From the NCBI GenBank assembly GCA_963789955.1, contig CAWBMV010000034.1:960001-1024000 (forward strand): DNA of 64,000 nucleotides. The letters run 5' to 3'. The stretch's first letter is position 1. The number at the start of each line of letters is the position of its first letter. The notes below the pieces were generated by a model. The model worked only from the letters and a program-made list of their open reading frames with translations. It made no database searches and was not told the DNA's origin. This DNA is from an uncultured Candidatus Rokubacteria bacterium (GTDB lineage Bacteria; Methylomirabilota; Methylomirabilia; Rokubacteriales; CSP1-6). Below are positions 48,869 to 59,043 of this stretch, piece after piece. Made by a program: the position numbers and the translations under genes.

Positions 48869-50040
48869 GTCGCGGGCTCCTCGCGGGCGTGACCGTGCTG
48901 AGCCTCGAGCAGGCCACGACGTTGCCGTTCCTGACCTATCGGCTCGCCTGCGACGGCGCCCGGGTCATCCGTGTCGAGAATGCCGAGCGGCCCGATCCGA
49001 ACCGGTTCGTCGGCAGCGACGTGCTTCACGAGCCGGCGATGCGCAGCTATTTCCTGCCGAACAACTGCGGCAAGGAAGCGATCACCCTGAACCTCGGCCA
49101 TCCCGAGGGCCAGGCGCTCTTGCGACAGCTGATCGTGAAGCTCGGTGTCGACGTGTTCGCCTGCAACCAGCGCCCGCGAAGCTACGCCCGTCTCGGGATC
49201 GAGCCCGGGCCGCTCACGGCCGTGAAGCCGGATCTGATCTGGCTCGGGATCACCGGATTCGGACCCGAGCACGACGAGGCGGCGTACGATCCGGTGCTCC
49301 AGGCGCGCTCGGGGTTCATGGAGCTGACGGGCGAGCCGAACGGGTCGCCGCTCGTCTTCGGCTTGCCGATGGTCGATCTGGGCGCGGCCGAGCACGGCTA
49401 CGGCGAGGTGATGAAGGCGCTCTATCGCCGCGCGACGACGGGCGAGGGCGCGCGGATCGACGTGTCGATGCTCCGGAGCGCGGTGTCGTGGATGGTCGCG
49501 CCCGTCGCGCTCTCGAGCCTCGGCGAGCGCGTGACTCGCAAGGGCAATCGCCATCAGTTCTTCGCGCCGGTGGCCGTGCACCGGACCCGCGACGGCCACG
49601 TCTATCTGGCGATCGGCAACGATCAGCAGTGGGCGGCGCTGACGGCGCTGCCCGCGTTCAGCCGGCTCGCTCGGCCCGAGTACACCGCCAACGCGGGCCG
49701 CATCGGCGACGTCGAGCGGCTCGACCGCGAGCTGGCCGCGTGCTTCGCCGGTCTCTCGAGCGACGAGGCGCTCGAATCGCTGCGGCGGGCGGGCGTGCCG
49801 GTCTCTCGCGTGAACACCCTGGCCGACGTGATGGTCGATCGGTTCGTCGCCGACAAGCTCGTGGAGATCACGGACCCGCGCTCGGGGCTCCGGATCGCGC
49901 TGCCGGCCCCGCCGGTCGGCGCGCCGCCGGCGCTCAGCTTTCCGCCCCGACTCGGCGAGCACAATGAGAAGATCTACGGCGAAGCGCTCGGCCTGGGGCC
50001 CGAGCAGCTTGCCGACCTGCAGCGGCGACAGATCGTCTGA
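48865..50040 (+). CDS. CaiB/BaiF family III CoA-transferase (divergent)
   Basis: VLSLEQATTLP, NNCGKE, MVDLGA, PRLGEH. Confidence 0.85.
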   Translation: MSRGLLAGVTVLSLEQATTLPFLTYRLACDGARVIRVENAERPDPNRFVGSDVLHEPAMRSYFLPNNCGKEAITLNLGHPEGQALLRQLIVKLGVDVFACNQRPRSYARLGIEPGPLTAVKPDLIWLGITGFGPEHDEAAYDPVLQARSGFMELTGEPNGSPLVFGLPMVDLGAAEHGYGEVMKALYRRATTGEGARIDVSMLRSAVSWMVAPVALSSLGERVTRKGNRHQFFAPVAVHRTRDGHVYLAIGNDQQWAALTALPAFSRLARPEYTANAGRIGDVERLDRELAACFAGLSSDEALESLRRAGVPVSRVNTLADVMVDRFVADKLVEITDPRSGLRIALPAPPVGAPPALSFPPRLGEHNEKIYGEALGLGPEQLADLQRRQIV

Positions 50041-50054
50041 GGGAGACGCGAACC

Positions 50055-51202
50055 ATGAACGACGTGTTTTATCTCACCGAAGAGCAGCGGATGATCCGCG
50101 ATCTCGCCCGCAAGGTCGCGCGCGACCGGATCGCGCCGAACGCTGCGCAAGTACGACGAGGAAGAGAGCTATCCGACGGAGTCGATGCGCGCGCTCGTCG
50201 ACGCCGGCCTCTTCGGCATCTGGGTGCCGGAAGAGTACGGCGGCTCGAACATGGGCTGCCTCGCGCTCTCGCTGGTCGCCGAGGAGCTCGGGTGGGCGTG
50301 CGCGGGCACGACGACGAACTTCGGCGCCCATCCGCTCGGCGGGCTGCCGATCGTGCTGGCCGGCAGCGAGGAGCAGAAGAAGAAGTACCTGCCGCGGCTC
50401 GCGACCGGCGAGTTCATGGCGGCCTACTCGCTCTCGGAGCCGGGATCGGGCTCGGACGCCGCGAGCCTCCGGACGACGGCGGTGCGCAAGGGGGATCACT
50501 ACGTCCTGAACGGATCGAAGCAGTGGTGCTCCCACGGCGACCACGCCGATGTGCTCACGGTCTTTGCGACGGTCGATCCGGGCAAGCGCGCGAAGGGCAT
50601 CACGGCGTTTCTCATCGAGAAGGGCATGCCCGGCTTCTCGGTCGGCAAGAAAGAACGGAAGATGGGTATCCGCTGCTCGCCCACCGTGGCGCTCCACTTC
50701 ACGGACTGCGCCGTGCCGGTCGCAGCAGCGCCTGGGTGACGAAGGCGAGGGATTCAAGATCGCGATGCGCACGCTCGACATGACGCGACCGATGACGGGC
50801 GCGATGGCCGTCGGGATCGGCCAGGCGGCGCTCGATGCGGCGACGGCGTACGCGAAGGAGCGCCAGCAGTTCGGCCAGCCGATCGCCGCGTTCCAGGGCA
50901 TCCAGTTCATGCTCGCGGACATGGCGATGCAGGTGCACGCGGCGCGGCTCATGGTCCATCACGCCGCCCGGCAGGTCGACGCCGGCATCCGCGGCAACAC
51001 CTTGGAGGCGTCGATGGCCAAGTGCTGGGCCGGCGACGCCGCCATGAAGGTCGCCACCGATGCCGTGCAGATCTTCGGCGGCTACGGATACACGCGCGAG
51101 TTCCCGGTGGAGCGGTTCATGCGCGACGCGAAGATCATGCAGATCTACGAGGGGACGAATCAGATCCAGCGAATGATCATCGCCAAGGAGCTTCTAGGAT
51201 GA
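50055..51202 (+). CDS. Acyl-CoA dehydrogenase; frameshifts near 50146 and 50722
   Basis: Three overlapping fragments give a full [33 protein letters not shown]. Confidence 0.9.
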
Positions 51203-52464
51203 CCCATCGACTGAACCGACGTACGTTCTTGAAAGCAACGGCGGGCAGCGCCGCGGTTCTCGGCTTCCCGCTGCCCCTGCGCGCTCAGCCGAAGACGTTC
51301 AAGATCGGCGCGATTCATCCGGTGACCGGCGCGCTCGCCGAGCCCGGCCAGGCGTGCCGTCTCGGGGCGCAGATGGCCGTCGACGCCATCAACGCGGCCG
51401 GCGGCATCAAGTCCAAGGGTGGCATCCGGCTCGAGCTGATCGTCGGCGATACGCAGACCAAGCCCGAGAACGGCCGCGTCGAGGCCGAGCGCGTGGTGAC
51501 CCAGGGCGCCCAGATGCTGCTGGGCTCCTTCGACTCGGGCAGCACCAACGCGATGGTCTCGGTCGCGCAGCAGCGGCGTGTGCCGTTCCTGATCGACATC
51601 GCCGCCGCCGATCCCATCACCGCGAACGTCGCCGCGTCGGTCAAGAGCGGTCAACAGAAGGTCCAGTACGTCTACCGCAACTTCCCCACCGGGTCGAGCT
51701 TCGGCCGCAAGGCCGTCCAGTACTTCATCGACATCTTCAAGGAAGCCAATGTGTCGCCCAAGCGGGTCGTGCTGATGTACTGCAACGACCTCTTCGGCCA
51801 GAGCCAGGCGCGCGGCTTCCAGGCGGCTCACAAGGCCGCCACTCCCTCGTGGGACATCGTCGAGGTCATCCCGTGGCCGGAGCCGCCGACGGATCTTTCG
51901 ACAGAAGTCTCGAAGGCGAAGGCGGCGAAGCCGGACATCATCGCGCCGATCACGCGTCCGGCGTCGGCGCTGCTGCTGTTCCCGGAGATCCGCAAGCAGC
52001 GGATCGAGATGATGGGCATCGTCGGCCCGGGCAGCCCGGGGATCTACGAGTCCGGTCAGATCGCGCAGCTCAAGGAAGACCTCGAGTACGTGCTGACCAG
52101 CGTGCCCTGGGCGAACTTCAAGAATCCGAAGACGATGACCGTCGCCGACGAGTACCGCAAGCGCTCGGGCGGCAAGACCTTCGACACCAACTCCGGCTAC
52201 TCCTACGACGCCGCGTTCGTCATCGCCGACATCCTCGAGCGCGCGACGTCGCTCGGCGACCCCGACGCGATCGTCGACGCCATGCAGAAGACGAACTACG
52301 CCGGCGGATTGATGCAGTACGGCGGACCGGTCGTCTTCAACGAGGTCGGCGACAACCCCAACGCGATTCCGACCATGATCCAGATCTTGAGCCAGAAGCC
52401 TGTCGCCGTGTGGCCCAAAGACGCGGCGATGCAGAAGTTCGTCTTCCCGCGGCCTCACGCATAA
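51199..52464 (+). CDS. Liv-type ABC substrate-binding protein with Tat signal
   Basis: NRRTFLK twin-arginine motif, [17 protein letters not shown]. Confidence 0.9.
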   Translation: MTHRLNRRTFLKATAGSAAVLGFPLPLRAQPKTFKIGAIHPVTGALAEPGQACRLGAQMAVDAINAAGGIKSKGGIRLELIVGDTQTKPENGRVEAERVVTQGAQMLLGSFDSGSTNAMVSVAQQRRVPFLIDIAAADPITANVAASVKSGQQKVQYVYRNFPTGSSFGRKAVQYFIDIFKEANVSPKRVVLMYCNDLFGQSQARGFQAAHKAATPSWDIVEVIPWPEPPTDLSTEVSKAKAAKPDIIAPITRPASALLLFPEIRKQRIEMMGIVGPGSPGIYESGQIAQLKEDLEYVLTSVPWANFKNPKTMTVADEYRKRSGGKTFDTNSGYSYDAAFVIADILERATSLGDPDAIVDAMQKTNYAGGLMQYGGPVVFNEVGDNPNAIPTMIQILSQKPVAVWPKDAAMQKFVFPRPHA

Positions 52465-52467
52465 GCT

Positions 52468-52640
52468 CCGGCGTCGGAGGGCGGCGAGCGGGCGTGGGAG
52501 GGGTCGGACGGACCACGCGGCGCGCGTGCGCTGCCCCGCGGCGGCTGGGCTCCATCCCGGCGCGCGTCGTCCGCCGCTCGCTTGGAGGGAACGGGTCCGC
52601 TCGACCCCTCCCACGCCCGCTCGCCGCCCTCCGACGCCGG
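52468..52640. repeat. 173-bp element with perfect 39-bp terminal inverted repeats (MITE/REPIN-like)
   Basis: 52468-52506 is the exact reverse complement of 52602-52640; the stem extends a further 8 bp inward with 2 mismatches. Confidence 0.9.
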
Positions 52641-52702
52641 GACAACCCGCAGCGGCGGCACCACCCCATTCCGGCGCGCGAGCCTAGTCACTCGGAGTTG
52701 AC

Positions 52703-53575
52703 GTGGATTTGACGCTTGTGGTGCAGGGGGTGGTTAGCGGGCTTTTGTTTGGGGGCGTCTATAGCCTCATGGCGGTGGGGCTCACGTTGATTTTTGGGGT
52801 GATGCGCGTGGTGAATTTTGCGCACGGGGACATGATGGTGTGGGGCATGTATCTCGCGTACATGTTCGCGACGCGGGCTGGGGTCGATCCGTATCTGAGC
52901 TTCATCGTGTGCGCGGCCGCGCTCTTTGGGCTCGGGGTCCTGGTGCAGCGGGGTCTCGTCGATCGCATCATCGAGGCGCCGCACGAGATGCAGATTCTCT
53001 TGATGCTCGGCGTCGCGCTCGTGCTCGAGAACGTGGCCCTGGTGGCGTTCGGGCCCGAGCCGACGCGCGTCCGGTCGCCGCTGGCATCGGCCACGATCTG
53101 GCTCGGCCCGGTGTTCGTGGACGTCGCGCGGCTCGTCACGTTTCTCGTCGCGGTCGCGCTCACGAGCGCCCTCTGGGTCTTTCTCTTCCGCACCGATCTC
53201 GGCCGCACGATCCGGGCGGCCGCCGACAACACGTACGGCGCGCTCGTCATCGGCACCGACGTACGGCGGGTGTACGCGATCGCCTTCGGGATCGGCGCCG
53301 CGTGCGTGGGCGCCGCCGGCGCGCTGGTCTCGCCGATCCTGCCGTTTCAGCCGCCGACCGGGCTCTCGCTGTCGGTGGCCTCGTTCAACATCGTGATCAT
53401 CGGCGGCATGGGCAGCCTCCTGGGCGCCTTCGTCGGCGGGCTCCTGGTGTCGCTCGCCGAGTCGCTGGGCGCCGTGTTCCTCAAGCCGTCGCTCAAGGAG
53501 CTGTTCAGCTTCTCGCTCCTGATCGTGATCCTCCTCTTCCGGCCCGCCGGCCTCTTCGGTCGCCGCTCGGCATGA
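52703..53575 (+). CDS. livH: Branched-chain amino acid ABC permease
   Basis: GGVYSLMAVGLTLIFG, NFAHGD, IGGMGS. Confidence 0.9.
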   Translation: MDLTLVVQGVVSGLLFGGVYSLMAVGLTLIFGVMRVVNFAHGDMMVWGMYLAYMFATRAGVDPYLSFIVCAAALFGLGVLVQRGLVDRIIEAPHEMQILLMLGVALVLENVALVAFGPEPTRVRSPLASATIWLGPVFVDVARLVTFLVAVALTSALWVFLFRTDLGRTIRAAADNTYGALVIGTDVRRVYAIAFGIGAACVGAAGALVSPILPFQPPTGLSLSVASFNIVIIGGMGSLLGAFVGGLLVSLAESLGAVFLKPSLKELFSFSLLIVILLFRPAGLFGRRSA

Positions 53576-54524
53576 GGTGGGCGCTCGCCGGAGCCCTCGT
53601 GGCGCTGGTGGCGCTCCCGGCGGTGCTGAGCTCGTACGCGCTCACCCTGTTCATCCTGATCTTCTTCTACGGCTTTCTCGGCCAGGCCTGGAACATCGTC
53701 GGCGGCTACGCCGGCCAGCTCTCGGCCGGCCACGCCGCGTTCGTCGGGGTCGGCGGCTACACCGCGGCGATGCTGTCGATCGAGCTCGGGCTGACGCCGT
53801 GGGTCGGCATGCTCGCGGGCGGCGCGCTCGCGGCGCTGCTCGGCGCGATCATCGGCTATCTCGGCTTTCGCTTCGGGCTGCGCGGCTTCTACTTCGTGCT
53901 CCTCACCGTCGCGTTCGCCGAGATCTGCCGCATCGCCGTCTCGAACATCGACGCGCTCGGCGGCCCGCTCGGTCTCTACATCACGTTCACCGGCAACCCG
54001 CGGCAGTTCCAGTTCCAGGACGGGCGCGTGTACTACTACATCGCGCTGGCGCTCATGCTGGTGGCGACCTTGACCGCGTGGGCCATCGAGCGGCGCCGCT
54101 TCGGCGTCTATCTGGCGGCGATCCGCGAGGACGAGGCGGCCGCCGAGGCGCTCGGCGTGAACGCGTTCAAGTACAAGATGCTGGCGATGGTCGTGTCGTC
54201 GTTTCTCACCGGGCTCGGCGGCACGTTCTACGCGTTCTATCTCTTCTCGCTGCAACCGAACACGCTCTTCGGCATCCCGTTGTCGGTCGAGATCATCATC
54301 CGGCCGATCGTCGGCGGCGCCGGCACGCTCCTGGGGCCGATCGTCGGCTCCTTCATCCTCACGCCCCTGGCCGAGATCTCCCGGCTCTATCTCGGGCAGG
54401 GGGGACTGCACGGCGCGCACCTCATCGCGTACGGCCTGCTCCTGATCGGCGTGGTCCTGTTCCTGCCCGAGGGGGCTTACCCGCGTCTTCGGCGCGCGCT
54501 GGCGCGACGCGCGGGCGGCGCGCG

Positions 54525-54528
<4 letters not shown>
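53572..54528 (+). CDS. livM: Branched-chain amino acid ABC permease
   Basis: WNIVGGYAGQLSAGHAAF, IREDEAAAEALG. Confidence 0.9.
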
Positions 54529-55236
<708 letters not shown>

Positions 55237-55259
<23 letters not shown>

Positions 55260-55947
55260 CGGAGTCGAGGCCGGCTACGCCGACCTGACCGCGATCTCGG
55301 GAGTCTCGCTCGAGGTGCGAGACGGCGAGGCCGTCGCATTGATCGGCTCGAACGGCGCCGGCAAGACGACGACCCTGAGAGCGATCAGCGGGCTCCTGCC
55401 GCTGCGCGCCGGACGCATCGAGTTCGAGGGCGCGCGGCTCGACGGGCTGCGCTCGGCCGAGATCGTCGCGCGCGGTATCGCCCACGTGCCGGAGGGCCGC
55501 CAGCTCTTTCCCTCGTTGACCGTGCGCGACAATCTCGAGCTCGGCGCGCGCGCGTCGGACCGCGCGCGACGCGGCGACACGCTCGAGCGCGTCTTCACGC
55601 TGTTCCCGCGGCTGCGGGAGCGCGAGCGCCAGCTGGCCGGGACCTTGTCGGGCGGCGAGCAGCAGATGTGCGCGATCGGCCGCGGGCTCATGGCGCGGCC
55701 GCGGCTCCTGCTGCTCGACGAGCCGAGCCTCGGGCTCGCGCCCGTGATGGTGAAGCTCATCTTCGAGACGCTCCAGCACGTCAACGACACCGGCACCACG
55801 ATCATGCTCGTCGAGCAGAACGTCCCGCGGGCGCTCCAGCTCTCGCATCGAGGCTACGTGCTCGAGAACGGCCGCCTGGCGCTCGAGGGCACGCGCGCGA
55901 GCCTGCTCGCGAGCCCCCACGTGAAGCGCGCCTACCTCGGTCTCTGA
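55237..55947 (+). CDS. livF: ABC ATPase
   Basis: GSNGAGKT, LSGGEQQM, DEPSLGLAP. Confidence 0.9.
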
Positions 55948-55976
55948 CCCGCCGTCCCCGGCCATCGCCGCCCCTC

Positions 55977-56020
55977 TTGACAATGGGCCGGCCCTCGGGC
56001 TATTTCTTAGGGCCTCCTAA
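55977..56020 (+). promoter_or_regulatory. hemP promoter with DtxR/IdeR-type box
   Basis: TTGACA at 55977 and a weak -10; inverted repeat TTAGG-GCCT-CCTAA at 56007-56020, 1 nt before the ATG. Confidence 0.6.
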
Positions 56021-56021
56021 T

Positions 56022-56234
56022 ATGGACAAGACGGTACACCGAAGCTCCGAGGTTGCGCGACACGACGCGGCGGGCCTGCCCGCGTTCGACGGGCACGCCG
56101 TCGAGCCGGCGGTCGTCCGCCGCGTGGAGAGCGCCGCCCTCTTTCAGCGCGGCCGCGAGGTGATCATCGTTCACCGCGGCCAGGAGTACCGCCTGCGCAT
56201 CACGAAGTCGGACAAGCTGATTCTGACGAAATAG
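56022..56234 (+). CDS. hemP: Hemin uptake protein HemP/HmuP
   Basis: SAALFQRGREVIIVHRGQEYRLRITKSDKLILTK signature. Confidence 0.9.
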   Translation: MDKTVHRSSEVARHDAAGLPAFDGHAVEPAVVRRVESAALFQRGREVIIVHRGQEYRLRITKSDKLILTK

Positions 56235-56378
56235 CCAGCCCGCTCGAGGCCTTCACGGCCCGAGCCAGCCAGCCACCGAAGAGCCCGGGCGAGAGAGCCG
56301 GGGTCGTGAACGTCGTCGTCGAGAAGACATCGGAGGATACATGCGCCGTCTGTCGGGTCGTGCGCGGGGAGAAGAGCG

Positions 56379-57005
56379 GTGAGAGGGGTGATCGTGGTGC
56401 TCGCGCGGGGTGGACCCGTCATGATTCCGCTGGCGGCCTGCTCCGTTCTCGCGCTCGCGGTGATCATCGACCGCGCCTGGACGTGGTGGCGCCTGGGCCG
56501 GAGCCGCGACCACGAGATCATCCTGGCGCGCGCGGCCAAGGGCGAGTGGACCGAGGCCTGGAAGCTAGGCGAGGAATCACGCTCGCCCGTCGCGCGCGTG
56601 CTCGCCGCCGGCATCCTGCACCGCAACCCGGCGCCGACCCTGGCGATGGAAGCGGCCGCGCGCCACGAGATCGCGAGACTCAAGCGCTTCCTGCCCGTGC
56701 TCGACACGATCGTCACGCTCTCGCCGCTCCTCGGGTTGCTCGGCACCGTGACGGGCATGATCGCCGCCTTCGGCATCATGGGCCAGTCCGGGATGAACTC
56801 GCCCCACGCCATCACCGGCGGCGTCGCCGAGGCGCTGATCGCCACCGCGGTCGGCCTGGGCATCGCGATCGCCGCGCTGGTGCCGCTCAACTTCTTCAAC
56901 AGCCGAATCGACGCCATGCACGAGACCATCGAGCGCTACGGCTCGCACCTCGAGCTCCTGCTGGCCGAGGCGCCCAAGCGAAGCGCGGAGGCGCACGGCC
57001 CGTGA
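56379..57005 (+). CDS. exbB: ExbB/MotA/TolQ proton channel
   Basis: GGPVMIPL, SPLLGLLGTVTGMI, GVAEALIATAVGL. Confidence 0.9.
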   Translation: MRGVIVVLARGGPVMIPLAACSVLALAVIIDRAWTWWRLGRSRDHEIILARAAKGEWTEAWKLGEESRSPVARVLAAGILHRNPAPTLAMEAAARHEIARLKRFLPVLDTIVTLSPLLGLLGTVTGMIAAFGIMGQSGMNSPHAITGGVAEALIATAVGLGIAIAALVPLNFFNSRIDAMHETIERYGSHLELLLAEAPKRSAEAHGP

Positions 57006-57415
57006 GGCTGCGCCGCCGGGAGTCGCGCCGGGCGCGAATCGAGATCGTTCCGATGATCGACGTCGTCTTCTTCCTGCTCGTCTTCTTCATGATGGCGAGC
57101 CTCTCGATGGCGGTGTACGCCGGGCTGCCGGTGAACCTGCCCCAGGCCGCGACCGGGCAGGTCGCGGCCTCCGAGACCGCGTCGGTCACGATCGATCACG
57201 ACGGACACGCATACCTGAACCGCGAGCCGGTCGCCATGGCGGATCTCGATCAGCGCGTGCGCCAGCTGCTCCAGGGCAATCCGGCGCTCGCCATCGTCAT
57301 CAACGCCGACGGCGACGCCGCGCATCGCCACGTCGTGGCGGTGCTCGACGCGCTCCGCCTGGCCGGCGTGAGCCGGATGGCCATCGCGGTGACGCCCACA
57401 TCGGAGGCGCGGTGA
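57002..57415 (+). CDS. exbD: ExbD/TolR biopolymer transporter
   Basis: IEIVPMIDVVFFLLVFFM, VNLP, NADG. Confidence 0.9.
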   Translation: MRLRRRESRRARIEIVPMIDVVFFLLVFFMMASLSMAVYAGLPVNLPQAATGQVAASETASVTIDHDGHAYLNREPVAMADLDQRVRQLLQGNPALAIVINADGDAAHRHVVAVLDALRLAGVSRMAIAVTPTSEAR

Positions 57416-58219
57416 TGAGCGAAGCGATCGGAATGGCGCGCGAGGGTAGCCTTGCTGGATGGCCCTTCTGGGCGTCGGTGCTCACGCACATCGTGGGCCT
57501 CGGCGCGGTGTCGGCGGTGGCGGTCACGTCGGCTTCCACGCCTCCGCCTCCGGTGCCCATCGAGCTCGTCAGGCTCGAGCAGCCCGCGCCGCCGGAAGTA
57601 CCCAAGCCGAAGGTCGTCAAGGCGCCGTTGACGAAGCCGATCCTGCATCAACCGACGACCGCGTCCGCACCGGTTTCGTCCGCGCCCGCATCGCTGCTCG
57701 ACGACGCGCCCAGGACCGAGACGCCCGCGCCGCTGCCGGACCCCATCGCGCCCGATCGCCGCTTCCTCGCCTCCGCCGCGCCGAGCATTTCGAGCACGAG
57801 CAACGGCATCCCCGCCGGCGCCGGCGCGCTGTTCGCAACCGGCGATCTTCCGGTGGCCGGGCACGGCTCGAGCGGGGGCCGCGGCGGGGACGGCACCGGC
57901 CAGACGATCGCGTCGACGGGCAGCGGGGCCGGTCTCACCGGAATTTGCGCGGCCCCTCGGCGGCTATCAGACGACGCCGCGCTATCCCGAGTCGGCGCGC
58001 CGCCAGGGCGTCGAGGGCATCGCGACCTTGCGCTTCATCGTGCTCGCGAACGGCCGCGTCGGCCAGATCGCCGTCTCACGCTCCGCCGGACATGTCGATC
58101 TCGATCGCGCCGCGGTGGAAGCCGTGAGGACGTGGCGCTTCGACCCTGCCCGCCGTGGAAAGGAGGCCGTGGCCGTATGGGTCACGCTGCCGGTACGCTT
58201 CGAGCTCCACAACGACTAG
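57412..58219 (+). CDS. tonB: Energy transducer TonB; frameshift near 57945
   Basis: TM anchor with SxxxH, Pro-rich linker, then PRYPESARRQGVEG...LDRAAVEAVRTWRFDPA in the next frame. Confidence 0.85.
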
Positions 58220-58221
58220 AC

Positions 58222-59043
58222 GATCCGCGGCGCCGCCGCCGCGGAAGTCACTGGACCGCTGTCGGCCTTGCGTTCTGCGCGATCGCGAGCGCGACCGGAG
58301 GCGTCGAGCCGGCCGGCGCTCAGACCCTGTGGGACGATCCCGCCTTCGCCCTCTACCGCCAGGCGGTGGAGGCGATGGACCGCAAGGACTACGCGCAGGC
58401 GGCCGATCTCGCCGGTCAGGCGGCGGCGCGCTTTCCGAATCACGTGCTCGCGTACTACCTGACCGGACAAGCGACCGCGGCGCAGGGACGCTGGGCCGAG
58501 GCGGCCGTGGCCTTCGAGAAGGTCGTCGAGCTCTATCCCGCGTCGTTCGCCGGCCAGCGCGACCTGGGCACGTCGTACGATCACCTCGGCCGCACCGACG
58601 ACGCCGTGCGCGCCTGGGACAAGGCGCTCGCGCTTCACGACTCCGACGACGTGCGCGCGAGCCTGGCCTTCTTGCTCGTCAAGGAAGGCCGGCGGCCTCA
58701 GGCGCTGCAGCACCTCGGTGTCCTCGCCGAGCATGGGAGCAAGCGGCCCGAGGTGTGGACGACGATCGCGCGCCTGAGCTACGAGAGCGGCGATCTCAAG
58801 GCCAGCGAGAAGGCCTTCGTGCAGGCCGTGGCGCTCAAGGACGAAGGGCGCACGTGGTTCAACCTCGGCGTGGTCCGCGCGCGTCTGAACGACTCACCCG
58901 GCGCGCTCGACGCCTTCGAGCACGCCGCCCAGCACACCGACACCAAGGAGCAAGCGCAGAAGGAGATCGCGCGGATCCGCGGCGCCGCGAAGCCGACGAC
59001 CACGGAGCGCGTCCCGGTGGAGCGGATCCCGCGCACGCGATGA
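58222..59043 (+). CDS. Secreted TPR-repeat protein; no in-frame start codon visible (probable indel)
   Basis: Signal-like segment followed by TPR repeats (AYYLTG, LGTSY, WFNLGV). Confidence 0.7.
   Translation, partial: DPRRRRRGSHWTAVGLAFCAIASATGGVEPAGAQTLWDDPAFALYRQAVEAMDRKDYAQAADLAGQAAARFPNHVLAYYLTGQATAAQGRWAEAAVAFEKVVELYPASFAGQRDLGTSYDHLGRTDDAVRAWDKALALHDSDDVRASLAFLLVKEGRRPQALQHLGVLAEHGSKRPEVWTTIARLSYESGDLKASEKAFVQAVALKDEGRTWFNLGVVRARLNDSPGALDAFEHAAQHTDTKEQAQKEIARIRGAAKPTTTERVPVERIPRTR

Noticed and set aside
52468..52640. Rho-independent terminator
   Set aside because: Stem is far too long with a 95-nt core and no U-tract
57412..59043. TonB-TPR fusion protein
   Set aside because: Artefact of the frameshift near 57945; the TonB C-terminal domain is in another frame and ends at 58219
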